Assembly: GCA_013697005.1 (NCBI GenBank)
Contig: JACCXM010000103.1
Coordinates: 1-63,049, forward strand
Source of the DNA: Chloroflexia bacterium
GTDB taxonomy: Bacteria; Chloroflexota; Chloroflexia; Thermomicrobiales; UBA6265
Direction of reading: 5' to 3'
DNA length: 63,049 bases
Of this stretch, positions 1 through 7,701 are shown piece by piece (the first letter of the stretch is position 1; every line of letters begins with the position of its first letter). The notes beneath the pieces are model-generated. The model was not told the DNA's origin and did no database searches. It saw only the letters and a list, made by a program, of their open reading frames with translations. The translations under genes were made by a program, and so were the position numbers.

Positions 1-584
1 ATCTCGAAGGCGACGAGACCGCGTTCCGCGTTGCGGACTTTGAGATCGCTTTTTTCCCCAATCAAACAATAGTCGGGTCGGGGAAGTTTCCCCGAGGCGA
101 TCTGGCTGAGGACAAAGATCGTCCCAAACGTACCGCCAACTTCCTCGTCACTGACGACGTGAACCTGAACGCAACCCTTCAGCGGCACATCTTTGAGCAC
201 GTCCACGACGTGCAACATGACGGCCACAGAACTCTTCATGTCTGACGCGCCCCGGCCTACGAGCTTCCGGCCGTCGTCCGTGATGGTCGGTTGGTACGGA
301 CCCGACTGCCAGGCGTCGGCGTCCGACACTGGAACCGTGTCGAGATGCCCATTCATGACCACCGTCGGCCCACGTGCGGGATCACCGATGGTGACGATGA
401 TATTCGGACGATCGGGATCGAGGGCGACCGTTTCGTACCCTAAACCTACTGAATCGCACCACTTCGTGACATCGGCCATGATCGCGCGCTCTGCGCCGCT
501 TGGACTCGGAATCGCGATGAGACGGCTGGCGAGGGCAACGATCTCGGCACGGTCAATGCGAGCGGGGGCCAGCGTCTCATTCAC
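1..584 (-). CDS. M20 family metallopeptidase / ArgE-DapE-like deacylase (partial; C-terminus lies beyond the window start)
   Basis: Own reverse-strand translation from GTG at 584: VNETLAPARIDRAEIVALASRLIAIPSPSGAERA...PTVVMNGHLDTVPVSDADAW...GRGASDMKSSVAV...VHVVSDEEVGG (M20 metal-ligand motifs). The frame stays open to position 1, so it is absent from the ORF track. Confidence 0.8.
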   Translation of the reverse strand, partial: MNETLAPARIDRAEIVALASRLIAIPSPSGAERAIMADVTKWCDSVGLGYETVALDPDRPNIIVTIGDPARGPTVVMNGHLDTVPVSDADAWQSGPYQPTITDDGRKLVGRGASDMKSSVAVMLHVVDVLKDVPLKGCVQVHVVSDEEVGGTFGTIFVLSQIASGKLPRPDYCLIGEKSDLKVRNAERGLVAFE

Positions 585-652
585 CGGAGATGCTTTCGTT
601 CGACCGAGTGCGCGCTTCCACGCGAGAACCTCATCAACGATTCTTCCTCGTT

Positions 653-982
653 CTACAAGCGTTCGAAGCGCTCCACGTCGATGATGAATACGACGGCGCC
701 GCCGACCTCGACCTCAAAGTTTTCCGGCATGTACAAAAGCCCTGGTTCGAGGGCAGGGGAATAGGGCACGGCGACCTGCGTGCGGCGACGACAGGTACGG
801 CGCAGAATTCCCATAACCGGTGCGACTTGATCGTCCTCGACGCCGACCAGCAAACTGGTATTGCCGGTACGCAGAAAAGACCCGGTGGTGCTGACCTTGG
901 TAAAACGATGGCCCGCGGCCACCAACGCGTCGGTCAACGCCGGGGTGTCCTCATCCTGAATTATGGCGATCACGAGCTTCAT
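653..982 (-). CDS. PII-like cyclic-di-AMP receptor family protein (YaaQ/DarA, DUF970)
   Basis: MKLVIAIIQDEDTPALTDALVAAGHRFTKVSTTGSFLRTGNTSLLVGVEDDQV..., about 109 aa as in the family. Strong RBS AAGGAGGGG lies just upstream of ATG at 982. The ORF-track start at 1039 adds an unlikely 19-aa leader. Confidence 0.75.
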   Translation of the reverse strand: MKLVIAIIQDEDTPALTDALVAAGHRFTKVSTTGSFLRTGNTSLLVGVEDDQVAPVMGILRRTCRRRTQVAVPYSPALEPGLLYMPENFEVEVGGAVVFIIDVERFERL

Positions 983-1095
983 TGGTCCCCTCCTTACGGG
1001 GGCGGCGCGCCAACTGGTCGCGTCGCTCCATGGAGGCATCGCCGTGCCGCATGGGCCGCGCCATGATAACTGATGCAGTCATTGTTGCCGTTGGA

Positions 1096-1905
1096 TTATG
1101 CGCCTGGGTTGGATTGGACCATCGGCACATCAGGATGACGGGCGATCACCTCGTGCCATCTTGTATGCAGTGCGCCGTTGGAGGCGAGAATTTCACGGTT
1201 GTCTGCCATGAATGGCCCTCCGTTGAGATCGGTTATCGTACCTCCCGCTTCGACCACCAGCAGTGCTCCCGCGGCAATGTCCCACGGCGCGATACCCCGT
1301 TCCCAATAACCATCGAGCCGACCGGCGGCGACGTAACAGAGATTGAGGGCCGAGGAGCCAGTTTGTGAAATTCCCTGAACCCGGGTGAGAAAGTCGCGCC
1401 AGATTTCAGCTTGTGATTCCCGTCGCACGAGATCATAGAAAAAGCCGGTAGCCAGGATAGATGCGATCAGCGTGTCGGTCTTGGAGACGGACATAGCCTT
1501 TCCGTTGAGCCGTGCCCCGTTGCCCCTTTGAGCCAGAAATAGCTCGTTGCGCATAGGATCATAGACGACGCCGATAATTGGAGCGCCGTTCTCCTCCAGC
1601 GCGATGGAAACCGCGAACGTGGGTAGACCGTGCACAAAGTTCGTCGTGCCGTCGAGGGGATCAACGATCCAGCGAAACACACTAGCTGACACAGGACCCC
1701 GTGATCCCTCCTCACACAGAAGTACGTGATCGGGGCAGGCCCCACGCAGGCGATTGACGATCAGTTCTTCCGCGGACCAGTCCGCCTCGGTGACCATGTC
1801 GATGGTCCCTTTGAACGTCACCTCATGTGGGTGATCAATCCGGGATCGCAGAATCGCTCCAGCCTCGCGGGCGATGTCTTCAGCAAGACGCGCATAGTCG
1901 TCCAA
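1096..1905 (-). CDS. Inositol monophosphatase family protein (SuhB-like)
   Basis: Signature WIVDPLDGTTNFVHGLP plus EADWSAEELIV and AAGRLDGYWE motifs; 269 aa. Confidence 0.9.
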   Translation of the reverse strand: MDDYARLAEDIAREAGAILRSRIDHPHEVTFKGTIDMVTEADWSAEELIVNRLRGACPDHVLLCEEGSRGPVSASVFRWIVDPLDGTTNFVHGLPTFAVSIALEENGAPIIGVVYDPMRNELFLAQRGNGARLNGKAMSVSKTDTLIASILATGFFYDLVRRESQAEIWRDFLTRVQGISQTGSSALNLCYVAAGRLDGYWERGIAPWDIAAGALLVVEAGGTITDLNGGPFMADNREILASNGALHTRWHEVIARHPDVPMVQSNPGA

Positions 1906-1953
1906 GGTCCTGACCGCTATCCCTACCAGGGTCCTTTCTCAAACCCGCTAACG

Positions 1954-3057
1954 TTAGAGCAGCGGCAATCGGGGAAAGATGTCGGCTTCCCATCCGGCGA
2001 GATCGCCGCGGCGGATGATCCAGGACGCCGCGCCCGCAACCATGGCCGCATTGTCCGTGCAGTAGGCAAATGCCGGGAAGGAGACGCGCACCTCCGGTCC
2101 GCATTCAATTGCCACTTCCTGGAGCAATCGATCGCGCAGGTTTTGATTGGCTGCTACCCCGCCGGCGAGGACCACGGTGCGGGCGTTGAATGCTGATGCC
2201 GCTTGGGCGGTTTTCACCGCGAGCGGCTCGCAGATGGCCTCTTGAAATGCCGCGGCGAGGTCGGCGATTGGAGCATCGGTCGCAAACCGTGGCAACCGGT
2301 GTTCGCGAAACGGTCGCGACGCCTCGCGTCTCGCCGGTACGTCCACGGGATTCTCATCGGAGGCAAGCCGCATCGGTTCGGTCAGCCGGAGCAGTGCGGT
2401 CTTGAGACCCGAAAAACTGAAGTCGTACGTTCCAGAAAGCCAGGCGCGTGGAAGCTCGAACGCGGCTGCATTGCCCGCGCCGGCGCGCTCCTGAATCGCT
2501 GGCCCACCTGGGAACCCGAGCGCCAAAAGCCGCGCCCCTTTGTCGAACGCCTCGCCCGCGGCATCGTCGAGCGTCCGGCCCAGATGCTGAAAACGGCCAT
2601 GTCCGGCCATCAGAATCAGCTCGGTGTGCCCCCCTGAAACCAGCAAGCACAGGACAGGGAACTCGGGCTCAGGCGGTATCACCTTCGAATCAGTCAGCCA
2701 GTTGGCGTATATGTGCGCTTCAAGATGGTTCACCGCCACTAATGGACGTGTCAGTGCATAGGCCATCGCTTTGGCGACGTTCATCCCTACTACCAATGAA
2801 CCTGCCAGGCCGGGGCCCTGTGTAACCGCGATGGCATCCAGATCATCGCGTTCGAAACCAGATTCATGCAGAGCACGTTCCACCACGGGAATGATTGCTG
2901 TGATGTGGGATCGCGCGGCGAGCTCCGGGACGATGCCACCGTGAGCGCGGTGAATTTCGAATTGCGAGGAGATCACTGACGAATACACACGCCGGCCATC
3001 TGCCACCACCGCGGCCGACGTTTCGTCACACGAAGTTTCCAACCCGAGCACGATCAA
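1954..3057 (-). CDS. tsaD: tRNA N6-adenosine threonylcarbamoyltransferase TsaD
   Basis: MIVLGLETSCDETSAAVV N-terminus, NHLEAHIY metal motif, GGVAAN; last gene of the tsaE-tsaB-rimI-tsaD cluster. Confidence 0.95.
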   Translation of the reverse strand: MIVLGLETSCDETSAAVVADGRRVYSSVISSQFEIHRAHGGIVPELAARSHITAIIPVVERALHESGFERDDLDAIAVTQGPGLAGSLVVGMNVAKAMAYALTRPLVAVNHLEAHIYANWLTDSKVIPPEPEFPVLCLLVSGGHTELILMAGHGRFQHLGRTLDDAAGEAFDKGARLLALGFPGGPAIQERAGAGNAAAFELPRAWLSGTYDFSFSGLKTALLRLTEPMRLASDENPVDVPARREASRPFREHRLPRFATDAPIADLAAAFQEAICEPLAVKTAQAASAFNARTVVLAGGVAANQNLRDRLLQEVAIECGPEVRVSFPAFAYCTDNAAMVAGAASWIIRRGDLAGWEADIFPRLPLL

Positions 3058-3070
3058 TGGAACTGCCCGC

Positions 3071-3868
3071 TCAACCCTTTGTCTCGCTCAGCGCGAATGA
3101 AACCCCGCTTCGGTTCTGGGAACCGCGGAACGGCGAGAGATCGCTCGGTTCCAACCGCGCGCCAAGTCGCCGCTCGAGCGCATCGCGATGGAGCTCGATG
3201 TCGGCCCGGAACATCGCATCACTCAGGGCTCGTGACCACATGATCAATGCGTCTTCATTGTTGTCACTGTAGTAGCGCTTCCGTGCGCCATGGACCGTGA
3301 ATCCATACTTCCGGTAGAGTGTCTGAGCGGCGACATTCGACACCCGCACTTCAAGAGTCAGCCAATTTGCACCACGCAATCGTGCTTCATCGACTAACGC
3401 GAGGAGCAGTAACTCGCCAAGTCCGTCGCCGCGATGCCGTGGGTCGACGCCGATCGTCGTGATGTGCGCCTCGTCAAATGCCATCCACATCCCGGCAAAT
3501 CCGATCAGGGACGCTGGCGTGACGGCGGAACTCTCCTGGCGACGACCGAGCCCGATGGGAAGGAGCGAACGCCGCGGAAGCGCCCTCGTCCGCGGCCGCT
3601 CGTTCTCCCCATCCAAGAGCTCGACGATCTCCGTGCCGTGGGCAGCCGTCATGCGTGTTGCCAGGGCGTGTAGCACGACATAGTAATTCTGAGCCGGATG
3701 ATGAAGCTCACGTCGATATGCCGAAGCTGGCCAGGGGTTTGGAAAGCAGCGTCGTTCGACCCGGCCCACGTTGGGAACGTCATCCTGGGTCATCTTCTCG
3801 AGGCGGTAGACCGGCTCGGTTGCGTCCGCGGTGGCAGGGCCAGCGGGGTGCCGATGCTGCGTCGTCAT
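3071..3868 (-). CDS. rimI: Ribosomal-protein-alanine N-acetyltransferase RimI (GNAT) with an N-terminal extension and an internal insertion of about 50 aa
   Basis: GNAT acetyl-CoA motif VDPRHRGDGLGELLLLALVDEARLRGANWLTLEVRVSNVAAQTLYRKYGF; sits between tsaB and tsaD. Confidence 0.85.
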   Translation of the reverse strand: MTTQHRHPAGPATADATEPVYRLEKMTQDDVPNVGRVERRCFPNPWPASAYRRELHHPAQNYYVVLHALATRMTAAHGTEIVELLDGENERPRTRALPRRSLLPIGLGRRQESSAVTPASLIGFAGMWMAFDEAHITTIGVDPRHRGDGLGELLLLALVDEARLRGANWLTLEVRVSNVAAQTLYRKYGFTVHGARKRYYSDNNEDALIMWSRALSDAMFRADIELHRDALERRLGARLEPSDLSPFRGSQNRSGVSFALSETKG

Positions 3869-3927
3869 TGTGCGGACAGTAGCACCCGGCCGCCGCCCTC
3901 AGCAAACCCGCACTGCTTGGCGTTGAA

Positions 3928-4605
3928 CTAGCGCGACAAGTACATGGGCTCGATAGTCACCGCGTCGTCGGTCTGACCTGCGATCCAACGGCCCCACCCG
4001 ATCTCTGCCAGTGCAGCTGGTTGGCGGGCGCGCAGAGCTGTCGTGGGCACGTACGCGCGTTCCAATCGTGTCAAGCGATCTGTCTGCTCACCATCCAGCT
4101 CACCGGTGACGATGACTTCGCCGCCATCAATTTCCGCAACCAGTTCGTCAAAGGTGCCGTTCTTTGGGGCCTGCGTCTCGATCAGACGGCCGGACTTTGG
4201 CTGGTAATGTGCCCAAGCGAGCCGCCCGCGTCCGGCCGCAACCGCCGCAACAATCGGCATGCCACAAATCGCGAACGGGAGCGCCGTCGCCTCGAGTGTG
4301 GAGACACCGATGAGCGGCGCCCCGGTCGCCAGGTGAAAACCTTTAGCGACTCCGAACCCAACCCGTAATCCAGTGAACGTACCTGGCCCAATGGCGATGG
4401 TTATTGCCGCAAGTTCCCGCACCGCGACGGAATCGCGGTCGAGTAGATGATGAATTTCGGAAAGGAGCGTCATGGTGTGCGACCGGTCCGCCGGCCAGGA
4501 GCGAAGTGAGAGCCGATGGCCGTCGTAGAGTGCGATGCCACCCTGAGCACTCGACGTGTCGATTGCCAGAAGTGGCCGGCGTGGAAAATCGAGGTAAGAG
4601 GTCAC
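3928..4605 (-). CDS. tsaB: tRNA threonylcarbamoyladenosine biosynthesis protein TsaB
   Basis: LLAIDTSSAQGGIALYDG and GPGTFTGLRVGFGVAKG. I prefer GTG at 4605 (GTGA overlap with the tsaE stop at 4602) over the ORF-track start at 4656. Confidence 0.85.
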   Translation of the reverse strand: MTSYLDFPRRPLLAIDTSSAQGGIALYDGHRLSLRSWPADRSHTMTLLSEIHHLLDRDSVAVRELAAITIAIGPGTFTGLRVGFGVAKGFHLATGAPLIGVSTLEATALPFAICGMPIVAAVAAGRGRLAWAHYQPKSGRLIETQAPKNGTFDELVAEIDGGEVIVTGELDGEQTDRLTRLERAYVPTTALRARQPAALAEIGWGRWIAGQTDDAVTIEPMYLSR

Positions 4606-5114
4606 GCCAAGACCAGAGAAAGGCGCGCTTCCAGATCGCCGAACCGCTCCTTCCATGATTCAACGTCCGGGATCGTCGAAATGCGAAGGACCCGACGATT
4701 CGTGCCCACCGCGGTCAGCTCGATCAGCACATACCGATTGGGCAGAAGCTCTCCAGCGCACTCTGGCCACTCGACGAGCGTAATCGCGGAATCGGGAGCG
4801 GTCAGTTCACCGAATCCGATGGATGCGAGATCGTCTTCGCCAACGAGACGGAAGAGATCCAGGTGATACAGCCGGCTCACTGTCTCGGCGGCACCTGTTT
4901 CGTACTCGTTGACGAGGGAAAACGAAGGACTCGACACAACGTCGTCAATACCCAGGGCCGTGGCGATACCTTTGGCGAAGATCGTCTTGCCGGCGCCGAG
5001 ATCGCCGTGCAATAGGACCACATCTCCGTCCCGCAACCAACCCCCCAGCATTGCGCCAATCGCCGCAGTTTCCTCCGCGCTTTCGGAGAAAACTTCCAGG
5101 CGCCTTCGCGTCAC
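4602..5114 (-). CDS. tsaE: tRNA threonylcarbamoyladenosine biosynthesis ATPase TsaE
   Basis: P-loop GDLGAGKTIFAKGIATALG, SPSFSLVNEY, LYHLDLFRL. GTG at 5114 forms a GTGA overlap with the upstream methyltransferase stop (5111). The ORF-track start at 5153 is the alternative. Confidence 0.85.
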   Translation of the reverse strand: MTRRRLEVFSESAEETAAIGAMLGGWLRDGDVVLLHGDLGAGKTIFAKGIATALGIDDVVSSPSFSLVNEYETGAAETVSRLYHLDLFRLVGEDDLASIGFGELTAPDSAITLVEWPECAGELLPNRYVLIELTAVGTNRRVLRISTIPDVESWKERFGDLEARLSLVLA

Positions 5115-5920
5115 GTTGATTGCGGCCGCGTCGCCGCAAGATTCAACCGCCAATAGTCAAGAGTATACGGCGGGTCATCGGATTCGGCCTGAGCGGCAAT
5201 GGTGTCCATGAACGTGAGGCGTGTTCGATCGTCGGGAATCGCAGCCAGATGAGCCCGGAGAACCACAGACTGCACGAATTCGCGGTAGGCGGCAGCATGC
5301 GGAAATGTGGTTGGCGCGGCTTCAAGGCTCGTCTGGATATCAATGAACCCGGCGGCCTCAAGGCGAGCTTCGGTCGCTTCCGGAAGAGCGAATTCCCATG
5401 GGTTGGTCCAGCCGGAGGAATCGCCTCGGTATGGTGGTGAATCGAGTAGCGTTGCCGCGCGCTCCTGGAGGCGGGCAATGTTCCCTGCCCCGCCACATTG
5501 AGCGACCAAGCGTCCTCCTGGCTTGAGCGCGTGGAACAGGTGATCGAAGAGCCGCTGGTGGTCCTGGATCCAATGAAATGTTGCGGTGCTGAAGATCGCG
5601 TCGACTGATGATTGAAGGACGAGCGACTGGATATCCGCCTGCACGAATGTGACCCGATCGCCAAAGTGTGGGATGAGGTTATCAGCGGCTTGCTGGAGCA
5701 TGTTACGCGAACGATCGATCGCGATTACGTATCCGCCGGGTAGTCGTTGGAGGAGGCCGGCGGTGAGGCGGCCGCTACCGCAACCAGCGTCAACCACGGT
5801 CTCGGTCCCGACGAGTAGCAGACGGTCGAGAACCTTCTCGCCCCACGCCTGCTGCGGCACGGAGACACGGTCATACGTATGAGCATCCCATTCGGCGAGA
5901 TTCACCGGGATTGCCTCCAT
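5111..5920 (-). CDS. Class I SAM-dependent methyltransferase (Tam/UbiE-like)
   Basis: SAM motif I VVDAGCGSGRLT, motif post-I AIDRS, LKPGGRLV; 269 aa. Confidence 0.85.
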   Translation of the reverse strand: MEAIPVNLAEWDAHTYDRVSVPQQAWGEKVLDRLLLVGTETVVDAGCGSGRLTAGLLQRLPGGYVIAIDRSRNMLQQAADNLIPHFGDRVTFVQADIQSLVLQSSVDAIFSTATFHWIQDHQRLFDHLFHALKPGGRLVAQCGGAGNIARLQERAATLLDSPPYRGDSSGWTNPWEFALPEATEARLEAAGFIDIQTSLEAAPTTFPHAAAYREFVQSVVLRAHLAAIPDDRTRLTFMDTIAAQAESDDPPYTLDYWRLNLAATRPQST

Positions 5921-7641
5921 TATTCACCGTCTTGGTTTGCGTCTGCCGCCGGAAGTGACGGGTTGTCCGTCGGTGGGAGCGGCGCCGCTGGAGCCCACTG
6001 CGGCGGTGAAATGAACGGCGGACTGGCATCGAACTCGAACCGTACGGTGGAAAGCGATGGCTCTTGCTCCGTGAGATCGAGCAATGTGCTGGGGGTGTCG
6101 GCATCCCACGGGGCGAGGAGGAGCGCCTGACCGTCCGGGCTCCAGGTAATCTCTCCCGAGAGCGTCTCGGCTACTTCCACCGCTTCGCGCTTTCCGTGAG
6201 AATCGGCGATAACAATTGTCTTTTCTTCCGTCGTGAAGGCAAACCTCGTGCCGTCCGGCGACCAGGCAGGCATCGTCGGATCCTCGTCGATCCTCGCAAG
6301 CTGATCGATCTCACCGGATTCAAGGGTCAGGAGCCGAATCGACGTTGATGGCGGCTCATACCAGGTTTGGCCAAACAGGCTGTAGAGAAGCAGTTGATCT
6401 CCACGCGGCGACCAGACCGCGCTCCAGACATCGCGGACTGTGCCGTCGGTGATGTTTTCAAAGCTTTTCTGCGCAACGTTGCTAATAAAGACATCGCCTG
6501 GCGAATGTTGGGGTCGTTCGCCGAGACCCTGGTGCTTGACGACGAATGCGATTTCCGTCCCAGCAGGGGACCAGGAGGGATTGAAGGCGAGCGCATACTG
6601 ATCGCCAGTCAAATCCGTCTCTTTGCCCGATGCGATGTCGACAAAGCGAACACCGATCGAGCCGGTCTCAAATACCGCGTCGTATCCGGCGAAGCTCGTG
6701 TAGGCGATGTGGGCGCCGTCGGGGCTCCAAGCAGGCGCCGCGTGAGCGGAGACCCCATCAACCAACCGCTGCAAGGACGAACCGTCGATCCCGATGCTAT
6801 ATAGCGAAACGTTACCCATGGGATCGTCTGGGTCAGGAGCGAGAAACGCGATCTGGGACCGATCCGGACTCCAGACCGGCCAGATGATGTGGAGTTCGTC
6901 AGTGATCTGACGCGGATCGCTGCCATCGGGAGCCACCAGCCAAAGCGCCCGATCGTTGCCGAGGACGATCGGACCATGCTCTCGCTGCATCACTGCCAGA
7001 CGCGAGCGCGTGGTGTCGTCACTGGGATCGATGGCTACCAATTCTCGCAGCAGACGCTCGGCTGCTGGCCAGTCGTGGACGGATTCCGCGCCATCGACGT
7101 CGCGGCGCAATTCGTTGGCAAGCAATCGTCGGGCGTCGTCCAAACGAGTGACCACGTCGTTGAGCGCCGGCGCTCGCTCAGCGACAGGTGCGAGAAGGGC
7201 GACCGCGGCGGCGTACTCTCCCTGCTCGATGGCTTGCAGCCCATCTGCGTATCCGGCTTCGAGCGGTTCGAGTTGTATCTCCATTTCCTGGGCCCGGCTC
7301 GCGGCATCACGATAGCCGGCGATTGAGGTGAACCCTTCGTGCGCCGAGACGAGATCGCCGGTGTTTGCCGCGCCCTCAGCAGAAGCATAAGCAGAAGCGA
7401 GCCACTGCTGCTGCGCTGTGTGGCGTTGCACGAAGCCGCCGGCGACGGCAAAGACGAGCAACACTGGCGCTAGATAAAGGAGGCGAATCAACATCGAGCG
7501 GCGCGAAGCAGCGGATGGCACTCGGTCTTTCCGAACCGCCCCGGTTGATTCGCCAATGGCGCCACACGTGGGACAGACGCTCATAGCGGGCGCGAGGGGT
7601 GATGCACAACCGGTGCAAAATGTCATCGAACGCCTCCGCAT
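5920..7641 (-). CDS. Zinc-ribbon / single-TM / TolB-like (PD40) beta-propeller protein
   Basis: N-terminal CTGCASPLAPAMSVCPTCG, TM segment LIRLLYLAPVLLVFAVAGGFV, then six repeats of WSPDxxxIAF type (WSPDRSQIAF, WSPDGAHIAY, WSPAGTEIAF, WSPRGDQLLL, WSPDGTRFAF, WSPDGQALLL). Its stop overlaps the next ATG by 1 nt (TAATG). Confidence 0.8.
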   Translation of the reverse strand: MRRRSMTFCTGCASPLAPAMSVCPTCGAIGESTGAVRKDRVPSAASRRSMLIRLLYLAPVLLVFAVAGGFVQRHTAQQQWLASAYASAEGAANTGDLVSAHEGFTSIAGYRDAASRAQEMEIQLEPLEAGYADGLQAIEQGEYAAAVALLAPVAERAPALNDVVTRLDDARRLLANELRRDVDGAESVHDWPAAERLLRELVAIDPSDDTTRSRLAVMQREHGPIVLGNDRALWLVAPDGSDPRQITDELHIIWPVWSPDRSQIAFLAPDPDDPMGNVSLYSIGIDGSSLQRLVDGVSAHAAPAWSPDGAHIAYTSFAGYDAVFETGSIGVRFVDIASGKETDLTGDQYALAFNPSWSPAGTEIAFVVKHQGLGERPQHSPGDVFISNVAQKSFENITDGTVRDVWSAVWSPRGDQLLLYSLFGQTWYEPPSTSIRLLTLESGEIDQLARIDEDPTMPAWSPDGTRFAFTTEEKTIVIADSHGKREAVEVAETLSGEITWSPDGQALLLAPWDADTPSTLLDLTEQEPSLSTVRFEFDASPPFISPPQWAPAAPLPPTDNPSLPAADANQDGE

Positions 7642-7701
7642 CTACTCCTGACTCGCCTGGGTCCGGTCGAAGTGCTCTGCAAATCGTAACGGAATCCGGG
7701 G

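Noticed and set aside
193-684. 163-aa plus-strand ORF at the window start.
   Set aside because: It is antisense to the clearly recognisable M20 peptidase frame. The translation is Ser/Arg/Thr/Ala-rich with no motifs, typical of a shadow ORF in GC-rich DNA.
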